64,000 bases of DNA. Source: Peptococcia bacterium. GTDB lineage: Bacteria; Bacillota; Peptococcia; Peptococcales; SKKY01. Under the pieces are notes generated by a model. The model was not told the DNA's origin. It made no database searches and was given only the letters and a program-made list of their open reading frames with translations. The stretch lies in contig OZ245787.1 in NCBI GenBank assembly GCA_965228015.1, forward strand, positions 1,588,023 to 1,652,022. Reading direction: 5' to 3'. A program made the position numbers and the translations under genes. Below, piece by piece: positions 20,053 through 28,560 of the stretch (the stretch's first letter is position 1; every line of letters starts with the position of its first letter).

Positions 20053-20559
20053 TTAAGCTTTCTCCTTTTCCCGGTTTTTGTAGCTTTCAATAATGCCAGG
20101 AACATCTTCAGCATGAATGTGGCCGAAGGCTTTATCGTTGACCATAACTACAGGAGCCAGGCCGCAGGCCCCAATACAGCGGACGTTAGTTAGGGTGAAA
20201 AGATTGTCAGGGGTAGTTTCCCCGGTTTTGATGCCCAGAATCCGGTGAAACTCATTCATAACTTTGTCTGCCCCTTTTACGAAGCAGGCAGTACCCATGC
20301 AGATATTTATTGTATATTTCCCCCGTTTTTCTTCATTAAAGTAGGAGTAGAAGGTAACAACTCCGTAAATGTGAGCCGCAGGAAGATCCAGTTTCCGGGC
20401 TATGTAAAGCTGCAGTTCGCTGGGGAGGTAGCCAAAAAGATCCTGAGCCTTATGAAGGACCGCAATAACCTCATCCTTTTTATTCGGTAACGAATCAATA
20501 AAAGCATCAAGAACAGGGAGAAGCTCCTCCGCATTTTCCAATTTATAAACATCTTCCAT
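20053..20559 (-). CDS. hydC: NuoE-like 2Fe-2S subunit (HydC/HndA type)
   Basis: ORF 20053-20604, probable start MEDVYKLENAEE at 20559; CMGTAC..CIGACGLAPV thioredoxin-like 2Fe-2S motif. Confidence 0.85.
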   Translation of the reverse strand: MEDVYKLENAEELLPVLDAFIDSLPNKKDEVIAVLHKAQDLFGYLPSELQLYIARKLDLPAAHIYGVVTFYSYFNEEKRGKYTINICMGTACFVKGADKVMNEFHRILGIKTGETTPDNLFTLTNVRCIGACGLAPVVMVNDKAFGHIHAEDVPGIIESYKNREKEKA

Positions 20560-20677
20560 AAAATACCATCCTTCCCTTTTCAGAATAAAATATAAATTAA
20601 CCACATTCCTTAAAGTTTACCCCAAAAGGTGGTAAAATAAAAAGAAAATAACCCGCTGATTTGGGGACGTTTTGGTG

Positions 20678-21973
20678 TGATCCCCTAAAAGGGTACAGAT
20701 TAGGGACAGTAGATTTCAATAAATTAATTACATGAAAAAATCTTTTTATAGAATCTTGGAGGGACACCTCCAAGATTCTATTGTGTCCTATCATTTATAT
20801 AATGATTCATGTACTCCTCAGTTATTTCTTTTATTTCTTCAATACTTTTGAGTCTTTTTTTTGTGAAGATTAATACTTTCTGTTTTGTAATGGCTAAAAA
20901 AACTTTCCGCTTTAGCATTGTTCCAACAGTTTCCCCTTCTAGACATGCTTTGAATAGCTCCTAGGGTATTTAAATATCCTGAATATTCTTTGCTAGTGTA
21001 CTGGACTCCCTGGTCACTGTGAATAATAGTATCATTAAGGTCAAACTTTTTTGATAACTTTTCAATCGTTTTCACCGTTAGAGTAGTGTCTGGATTTTTG
21101 CTATACTCCCAGCTAACTGGTTCATTATTAAAAAGATCTAATGCGACACACAAGTATAATTTTGAATTGCGATAAGGGATGCAAGCAATATCTGTAGCAA
21201 TCTTTTTTCCAGGTTTGTCTGTTTTAAAATCTCTTCTCAGGATATTCTCTTTAATCTGCTTATCATCATGTATTTTATTCTTCTTCCTTCTGATAATTGA
21301 TCCTAGGCTGTTCTCTCTCATGATTCTTTGTATCTTTTTATGATTTACAATAGTTTTAAAAACAAATCGAAGTTCATTTTGAATCTGTCTGTATCCATAA
21401 ACTTTTTTGATTTATTATATATCTGAATAATTATTTTCTTAATTGGGACTTCTTTTTTTATTGGTTTGTTTCTGAAGTTGTAATAGGACTTTCTTTTTAC
21501 TTCAGCAATTTCACAAAGAAGTTTTACTGAATATTTAAATTCCAATACAAAGATAGCTTTATATTTTAATTCTCTGGCTTTTATTTTTTAGGTATAAAGG
21601 GTTGTAAATGTTCTAATTATTCATAATATTCAATTCTGGCTCTTAATCTCTCATTTTCTTTTTCATATTCGATTTCTCTAGCTGTTCTTGGTTGATGTTC
21701 TATTTTATCTGGCTGGCTAGTTATTTTATCAGGATCTTTTTTAGAATCTTTAGAAATAAGTCCCTTTTCTTTTAATTGTTTTTCCCAATTAAGTATATAG
21801 TTTTTTGAAGATAAATTGTACTTTGCAGTAATCTTTCTTACCCCTAGGTTGCTTTCGTAATAGTCTTTAATTACAGAGAGTTTAAATTCATTAGAATAGT
21901 TCTTTTTTATTAAAATCAGCCCCCAAAATTAGTATATCTTACTGTCCCTAATTTGTGTAACTTTTGAGGGTCA
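20678..21973 (-). mobile_element. Degenerate relative of the dominant IS3-family element (copy F)
   Basis: Ends TGATCCCCTAAAAGGGTACA.. and ..TGAGGGTCA align with the IRs of the 1.3-kb IS. The transposase frame is broken many times (fragments 20839-21321, 21345-21545) and the start codon is lost. Confidence 0.75.
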
Positions 21974-22038
21974 GACTATTTCTAAAATCAGCGCGTTATC
22001 CACAGGCAGAGAAATTTTAAGGATATGAGGATATAGAA

Positions 22039-22421
22039 ATGAGAAAAACCTATTTATATGTAATGGCGGGAGGAGCTGTAGGAGCCGCCCTTCGTTTTGG
22101 AATTGGGCAAAAAGAAATTCATATAATCGCCGACAACTTCCCTTCAGGAACGTTTATTGTGAATATTTTAAGAACCTTTATATTAGCATTTTTCTTAAGG
22201 TGGGCTTTCGATTCTGAAGTTTTCAGCAGAGACCTTCACGCCGGTGTCTCCCCGGGATTATTGGGGCATTTACAACATTTTTAACTTTATGTAAAGAATC
22301 ACCCCAATTATTACTACAGGGGGAAATCTTTTTAGTCTTTATCTATCTTATTTTGTTAGTGGTAGTGGGCTTAAGCTTCGCATGGTTAGGATTCGCTCTC
22401 TCAGGTTGGAGGCAAAAGTAA
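22039..22421 (+). pseudogene. crcB: Fluoride ion channel CrcB (first of pair), frameshifted
   Basis: MRKTYLYVMAGGAVGAALRFG..FPSGTFIVNIL, then GIIGAFTTFLT.. continues in another frame near 22250. Confidence 0.65.
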
Positions 22422-22795
22422 TGAAGATTATTTTAGTTGCCCTTGGCGGGAGTTTGGGTAGTTTAACCCGATTCAGGTTAGGGAAATTTTTTCTGGAAGA
22501 GGTTGGAATTCAATACCGATAGGAACCTTTTTTGTAAATATAACAGGAGCTTTTTTCTTGGCTTATTATCAGGTTTAGGTACAATAGGTACAGGTACAAG
22601 CGGGGACATATATATTTATAGATTTTTAGGAGATGGCTTTTTTGGAGCCTATACAACGTTTTCTACATTTATGTATGAAGGGTTCAATTTCTTTCAGGGA
22701 AAAAACAGTTAAACGCACTTGCTTACATAGGTTCAAGTATTATTTTAGAGATAATTGGTTTCACACTAGGTTTTTGGATTTCACCCTGTGGATAA
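22421..22795 (+). pseudogene. crcB: Fluoride ion channel CrcB (second of pair), frameshifted; its 3' end runs into the palindromic repeat
   Basis: MKIILVALGGSLGSLTRFRLG.., later ..GAYTTFSTFMYEG in other frames; the stop codon lies within the TGTGGATAA box at 22787-22795. Confidence 0.6.
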
Positions 22796-22817
22796 ATTGC
22801 ACTAAATAGAACTGGTC
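22784..22817. repeat. Half copy (right arm) of the DnaA-box palindromic repeat
   Basis: CCCTGTGGATAAATTGCACTAAATAGAAC, identical to the right arm of the copy at 26571-26600; the left arm is absent. Confidence 0.6.
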
Positions 22818-24115
22818 TGACCCCCAAAAATTACACAAAATTGGGACAGTAAGATATACTAATTTTGGGGGCTGATTTTAATGACAAAGAACTATTCTAA
22901 TGAATTTAAACTCTCTGTAATTAAGGAATATTACGAAAGCAATCTTGGGGCAAGAAAGATTACTGCAAAGTACAATTTATCTTCAAAAAATCTTGTTCTT
23001 AATTGGGAAAAACAATTAAAAGAAAAAGGACTTCTTCCAACAGAAGCTAAGAAAGATCCGGATAAGATAAAAATCAGATCAGATAAAATAGATTTTCCTG
23101 AGAAAACACAAAGAGAAATTGAATACGAAAAAGAAATAGAACATCTTTATGCTAAAATTGAATACTACGAACAATTAGAGCATTTACAGCCCTTTATTTC
23201 TAAAAAAACAAAAGTCAGGGAGCTAAAGTACAGAGCTATATTTGCTTTGGAATTTAAATATACAGTAAAATTTCTTTGCGAAATTGCTGGAGTAAAAAGA
23301 AAAGCCTATTGCAATTTCAGAGACAAACCAATAAAAAAAGAAGATTCCATTGAGAAAATAATTATTCAAATATATAACAAATCAAAAGGAATTTTTGGTT
23401 ACAGAAGAATAGGAAATGAGCTAAGAAATGCGTTTAAAATAGTTGTTAATCATAAAAAGATTCAAAGAATAATGCAGGAAAACAATCTCAGATCCAGAAT
23501 CAGAAGAAAAAAGAATAGGATTCAAGATGATAAACAATTCAAAGCCAATATATTAAACAGGGATTTTAAGGCAAGTCGCCCAGGAGAAAAAATAGCCACA
23601 GATATTACCTGTATTCCTTACAGAAACTCTAAGCTATATCTGTGTGTTGCCCTAGATCTGTTTAACAATGAGCCAGTAAGCTGGGAATACAGTAAGAATC
23701 CTGACAGCAAGCTGACTGTAAAAACTATTGAAAAACTTTCAAAAAAGATAGGTATTAAGAATACTGTTATCCATAGTGATCAAAGTGTTCAATACACAAG
23801 CAAAGAATATTCCAGCTATTTAAAGTCTTTAGGAGCAGTTCAAAGTATGTCCAGAAGAGGAAATTGCTGGGATAATGCGAAGATTGAAAGTTTCTTTAGC
23901 CATTACAAAACAGAAAGTATTAATCTCTACAAGAAAAGAATCAAAAGTTTTAAAGATATAAAAGAAATTACTGAAGATTACATTAAATTTTATATAAATG
24001 ACAGGACGCATAGAAACCTTGGAGGCGTCCCTCCAAGGTTTCTATAAACAGATTTTTTCATTTAATTAATTTGGTGAAATTTACTGTCCCAGAAGTGTAC
24101 CCTTTTTGGGGGTCA
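22818..24115 (+). mobile_element. IS3-family insertion sequence, dominant type, copy A
   Basis: IRs TGACCCCCAAAAATTACAC..TGGGACAGTAA / ..TTACTGTCCCAGAAGTGTACCCTTTTTGGGGGTCA (may extend 4-5 bp as TGGTC/CACCA); one of five near-identical copies. Confidence 0.85.
22881..24047 (+). CDS. IS3-family transposase, uninterrupted single ORF (388 aa)
   Basis: N-terminal HTH (NYSNEFKLSVIKEYYESNLGARKI), rve core ..ATDITCIPY.., HSDQSVQYTS, RRGNCWDNAKIESFF. Confidence 0.85.
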   Translation: MTKNYSNEFKLSVIKEYYESNLGARKITAKYNLSSKNLVLNWEKQLKEKGLLPTEAKKDPDKIKIRSDKIDFPEKTQREIEYEKEIEHLYAKIEYYEQLEHLQPFISKKTKVRELKYRAIFALEFKYTVKFLCEIAGVKRKAYCNFRDKPIKKEDSIEKIIIQIYNKSKGIFGYRRIGNELRNAFKIVVNHKKIQRIMQENNLRSRIRRKKNRIQDDKQFKANILNRDFKASRPGEKIATDITCIPYRNSKLYLCVALDLFNNEPVSWEYSKNPDSKLTVKTIEKLSKKIGIKNTVIHSDQSVQYTSKEYSSYLKSLGAVQSMSRRGNCWDNAKIESFFSHYKTESINLYKKRIKSFKDIKEITEDYIKFYINDRTHRNLGGVPPRFL

Positions 24116-24200
24116 CACCAAAGCGTCCCCTGCGGAGCTGATTTGCCTCTTTGTTTTTAATTTGTTTTATGTTATTATTTTTTAGATTGAAGGTGATATT

Positions 24201-25556
24201 ATGAGAAAAGCTGTTGTTCTTGCTGCCGGGAAAGGTACAAGAATGAAATCAAAATTGCCCAAGGTTCTTCACAAAGCCGGAGGCAGAGAAATGATTAATC
24301 AGGTTTTTGATATATTGAAAAAAATAAAGATTGATGAAATTGTTGCTGTCCTTGGTCATGGTGCAGAGCTGGTTGAAGCCAAGCTTGCGTATCCGGCCAA
24401 GGTAGTTTTGCAAAAAGAGCAGCTTGGCACCGGCCACGCAGTAATGCAGGCGGCAGATCACATTGCCCCAGGTGATGAAATTCTGGTAATCTGTGGGGAC
24501 ACTCCACTTTTCACGGAGAATACTCTCAAAGAAGCTCTGGAAATGCACCAAAACTCACAAGCATCAGTAACTATCCTTACAAGTATTTTAGAAAATCCAA
24601 AAGGATACGGAAGAATTCTTCGCAGTGAAGATGGGAAAAATGTTCTTGGAATTGTTGAAGAAAAAGATGCCACTAATGAGCAAAAAAAAATCTGCGAGAT
24701 TAATACAGGAACCCATGTCTTCGACGGAAAATTTTTAAAAGAAAATTTATTTAAAATAGACAATAAAAATTCCCAAGGGGAATATTACCTTACAGATCTT
24801 CTAAAACTGGCCAATGATTCGGGGCAAAAAACCGCCGGCTATATTTTGTCAGATTCAGGAGAAGCCCTTGGCATCAACGATAGAGAACAATTAGCAGAAG
24901 CATCTGCAATACTCCGGAAAAGAAAAATTCGTCAACTAATGCTTGATGGAGTAACTTTCATTCATCCGGAAACTGCATATATTGGCTCTCAGGTAAAAAT
25001 ATCTCAGGATGTAATTATTTATCCTAATGTTATAATAGAAGGTGAAACAGAGATTGGTGAAGATAATATCATCGGCCCCGATACTCTGATTATCGATTCA
25101 AAAATTGGTTCTGGTAACCAAATCGAGAAATCAAAAATTCTTAAAAGCACAGTAGGGTCAGAATGTAACATCGGTCCCTACGCATATCTACGTCCTGGAG
25201 CAGATATCCGGGACAAGGTAAAAATTGGAGATTTTGTTGAAATCAAAAAATCCATAATCGGTGAAGGAAGCAAAGTACCTCATCTGACCTACGTGGGAGA
25301 TGCAGATGTAGGAACCAAGGTTAATATTGGCTGCGGAACCATTACCTGTAACTACGATGGGAAAAATAAGCATAAAACAACCATGAAAGACAACTCTTTT
25401 ATAGGAAGTAACACAAATCTTGTTGCCCCAGTAACCATAGGGGAAAGAGGCTACATCGGCGCCGGTTCTACAATTACGATAGATGTGCCTGACAATCACC
25501 TGGCAATAGCCAGAGGCAGGCAAAAAAATATAAATCTAAAAAATAAAAGTAAGTAA
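24201..25556 (+). CDS. glmU: Bifunctional UDP-GlcNAc pyrophosphorylase / GlcN-1-P acetyltransferase
   Basis: 451 aa; [19 protein letters not shown]-terminal left-handed beta-helix hexapeptide repeats. Confidence 0.9.
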   Translation: MRKAVVLAAGKGTRMKSKLPKVLHKAGGREMINQVFDILKKIKIDEIVAVLGHGAELVEAKLAYPAKVVLQKEQLGTGHAVMQAADHIAPGDEILVICGDTPLFTENTLKEALEMHQNSQASVTILTSILENPKGYGRILRSEDGKNVLGIVEEKDATNEQKKICEINTGTHVFDGKFLKENLFKIDNKNSQGEYYLTDLLKLANDSGQKTAGYILSDSGEALGINDREQLAEASAILRKRKIRQLMLDGVTFIHPETAYIGSQVKISQDVIIYPNVIIEGETEIGEDNIIGPDTLIIDSKIGSGNQIEKSKILKSTVGSECNIGPYAYLRPGADIRDKVKIGDFVEIKKSIIGEGSKVPHLTYVGDADVGTKVNIGCGTITCNYDGKNKHKTTMKDNSFIGSNTNLVAPVTIGERGYIGAGSTITIDVPDNHLAIARGRQKNINLKNKSK

Positions 25557-25579
25557 AAAATCTGGGGGGAAAAGAAGAA

Positions 25580-26527
25580 ATGGAAAAAAGGTTTAAAAAC
25601 CTGAAAATCATTACCGGAAATTCCAATCCTGAATTAGCAAAAGAAATTTGTGACTACATTGGAATCGATCTTGGTAAAAGTGAAGTAAAAACTTTCAGCG
25701 ATGGCGAGATCTCACTTTCTTTAACAGAAAGCGTAAGAGGTGCAGATATTTTTATTATCCAGCCAACAAGCAGTCCTGTAAACGACAACCTGATGGAGCT
25801 TTTGATTATGATAGATGCGGCAAGAAGAGCATCTGCAAGAAGAATCACAGCAGTACTTCCATATTACGGATACGCACGCCAGGACCGCAAAATTAAGGCC
25901 AGAGAGCCAATTACAGCAAAGCTTGTAGCCAACCTGGTTGTACAGGCAGGAGCAAGAAGAGTTCTTGGAATGGATCTACACGCTTCACAGATTCAGGGTT
26001 TTTTCGACGTTCCCTTTGATCACCTTTTAGCCGCACCAATACTTGCAGATTACTTTAAAAACATGGATTTAGAAAACACAGTAGTTGTATCTCCAGACAT
26101 GGGTGGAGTAACAAGAGCAAGAGGCCTGGCAGAAAGATTAGAGGTTCCCCTGGCAATTATTGATAAAAGAAGACCAATGCCAAATGTTTGCGAAATTATG
26201 AACCTTATTGGTGATGTTAAAGATAAGAGCGTTATCATGATTGACGATATTATCGATACAGCAGGAACAATTGTAGGAGCCGCTGAGGCTTTAAAAGAAA
26301 GAGGAGCTAAAGATATGTACATTTGCTGCACACATCCAGTTCTATCCGGACCAGCAATTGAAAGAATTCAAAACTCTTGCATTAAAGAAATGATAACAAC
26401 AAACACAATAAAGCTTCCAGCAGAAAAACATATTGATAAAATCAAAGTTTTATCCGTAGCTCCACTTATCGGTGAAGCTATTATGAGAATTCACGAAGAT
26501 TTATCAGTAAGTAAACTATTTGACTAA
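25580..26527 (+). CDS. prs: Ribose-phosphate pyrophosphokinase
   Basis: 315 aa; [12 protein letters not shown] and [25 protein letters not shown] motifs. Confidence 0.9.
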   Translation: MEKRFKNLKIITGNSNPELAKEICDYIGIDLGKSEVKTFSDGEISLSLTESVRGADIFIIQPTSSPVNDNLMELLIMIDAARRASARRITAVLPYYGYARQDRKIKAREPITAKLVANLVVQAGARRVLGMDLHASQIQGFFDVPFDHLLAAPILADYFKNMDLENTVVVSPDMGGVTRARGLAERLEVPLAIIDKRRPMPNVCEIMNLIGDVKDKSVIMIDDIIDTAGTIVGAAEALKERGAKDMYICCTHPVLSGPAIERIQNSCIKEMITTNTIKLPAEKHIDKIKVLSVAPLIGEAIMRIHEDLSVSKLFD

Positions 26528-26531
26528 AATA

Positions 26532-26600
26532 GGGGAAGCTTCCATTTGGTGCAATTTATCCACAGCCTCAACCCTGTGGATAAATTGCACTAAATAGAAC
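26532..26600. repeat. DnaA-box palindromic repeat (full copy) abutting IS copy B
   Basis: GGGGAAGCTTCCATTTGGTGCAATTTATCCACAG cctcaac CCTGTGGATAAATTGCACTAAAT; perfect TTATCCACA at 26556-26564 and TGTGGATAA at 26575-26583. Confidence 0.7.
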
Positions 26601-26605
26601 TGGTC

Positions 26606-27902
26606 TGACCCCCAAAAATTACACAAAATTGGGACAGTAAGATATACTAATTTTGGGGGCTGATTTTAATGACAAAGAACTATTCTAATGAATTTAAACT
26701 CTCTGTAATTAAGGAATATTACGAAAGCAATCTTGGGGCAAGAAAGATTACTGCAAAGTACAATTTATCTTCAAAAAATCTTGTTCTTAATTGGGAAAAA
26801 CAATTAAAAGAAAAAGGACTTCTTCCAACAGAAGCTAAGAAAGATCCGGATAAGATAAAAATCAGATCAGATAAAATAGATTTTCCTGAGAAAACACAAA
26901 GAGAAATTGAATACGAAAAAGAAATAGAACATCTTTATGCTAAAATTGAATACTACGAACAATTAGAGCATTTACAGCCCTTTATTTCTAAAAAAACAAA
27001 AGTCAGGGAGCTAAAGTACAGAGCTATATTTGCTTTGGAATTTAAATATACAGTAAAATTTTTTTGCGAAATTGCTGGAGTAAAAAGAAAAGCCTATTGC
27101 AATTTCAGAGACAAACCAATAAAAAAAGAAGATCCCATTGAGAAAATAATTATTCAAATATATAACAAATCAAAAGGAATTTTTGGTTACAGAAGAATAG
27201 GAAATGAGCTAAGAAATGCATTTAAAATAGTTGTTAATCATAAAAAGATTCAAAGAATAATGCAGGAAAACAATCTCAGATCCAGAATCAGAAGAAAAAA
27301 GAATAGGATTCAAGATGATAAACAATTCAAAGCCAATATATTAAACAGGGATTTTAAGGCAAGTCGCCCAGGAGAAAAAATAGCCACAGATATTACCTGT
27401 ATTCCTTACAGAAACTCTAAGCTATATCTGTGTGTTGCCCTAGATCTGTTTAACAATAAACCGGTAAGCTGGGAATACAGTAAGAATCCTGACAGCAAGC
27501 TGACTGTAAAAACTATTGAAAAACTTTCAAAAAGATAGATATTAAGAATACTGTTATCCATAGCGATCAAGATGTTCAATACACAAGCAAAGAATATTCC
27601 AGCTATTTAAAGTCTTTAGGAGCAGTTCAAAGTATGTCCAGAAGAGGAAATTGCTGGGATAATGCGAAGATTGAAAGTTTCTTTAGCCATTACAAAACAG
27701 AAAGTATTAATCTCTACAAAAAAAGAATCAAAAGTTTTAAAGATATAAAAGAAATTACTGAAGATTACATTAAATTTTATATTAATGACAGGACGCAAAG
27801 AAGCCTTGGAGGTGTCCCTCCAAGGCTTCTATAAACAGATTTTTTCATTTAATTAATTTGGTGAAATTTACTGTCCCAGAAGTGTACCCTTTTTGGGGGT
27901 CA
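26606..27902 (+). mobile_element. IS3-family insertion sequence, dominant type, copy B
   Basis: Same IRs as copy A; splits prs from pth. Confidence 0.85.
26669..27834 (+). pseudogene. IS3-family transposase, frameshifted
   Basis: ORFs 26669-27538 and 27634-27834; the A run at 27529-27533 has 5 A where other copies have 6 (..KLSKKIDIK..). Confidence 0.8.
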
Positions 27903-27939
27903 CACCAAAGCGTCCCCTAAAAAATGAAAGGATCTTTTT

Positions 27940-28560
27940 ATGTATGTGATTGTTGGCCTGGGGAATCCCGGGAAAAAATATGAGAATACGAAGCATAATG
28001 TTGGCTTTTGGGTTATTGATGCCTTGGCTGAAAAAATGGGAATTTCCCTGGACAAGAAAAACTGTAGCGCAATTTCAGGCACAGGAATTTACCAAGGGAA
28101 AAAAGTTCTTCTTGCCAAGCCTCAAACCTATATGAACCTTAGCGGTGAGGCGGTAATTCAACTTTTGAATTACTACGACAACCTGAATGAACTTCTGATT
28201 ATCCATGACGACCTTGATCTTGCTGAAGGGGTAATCCACTTTAAGGAAGGCGGGGGACTTGCGGGACACAATGGTCTAAAATCCATTGCCCATCATCTTC
28301 ATTCCAATGATTTTGACCGCCTCCGGGTAGGAATCGGCCGTCCAGAATTTCAAAAAGTTGTAAATTATGTACTGGAGTCTTTTTCAAAAGAAAAACAAGA
28401 GTTTTTAGATGAAGCAGTAAAAGCCACCATTCCTGGCGTTGAAACCTGGCTGGAACAGGGAATCCAGAAAGCCATGAATCAATTCAACCAGAAAAAAGAA
28501 AAAGAAAAAAATAAAGAAGAAACTAAAGAAAATAAAAAAGAGACTGAAGCTAATGAATGA
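27940..28560 (+). CDS. pth: Peptidyl-tRNA hydrolase with Lys/Glu-rich C-terminal tail
   Basis: MYVIVGLGNPGKKYENTKHNVGF.., GHNGLKSI; about 25 extra residues QKKEKEKNKEETKENKKETEANE. Confidence 0.9.
   Translation: MYVIVGLGNPGKKYENTKHNVGFWVIDALAEKMGISLDKKNCSAISGTGIYQGKKVLLAKPQTYMNLSGEAVIQLLNYYDNLNELLIIHDDLDLAEGVIHFKEGGGLAGHNGLKSIAHHLHSNDFDRLRVGIGRPEFQKVVNYVLESFSKEKQEFLDEAVKATIPGVETWLEQGIQKAMNQFNQKKEKEKNKEETKENKKETEANE

Noticed and set aside
16389-20490. Multiple 60-106-aa ORFs overlapping hydA, hydB and hydC in other frames
   Set aside because: They are shadow ORFs within strongly supported hydrogenase genes and have no independent signals.
20597-20794. 65-aa ORF upstream of hydC
   Set aside because: It spans the junction between chromosomal DNA and the terminal repeat of the degenerate IS, so it is a fortuitous ORF.
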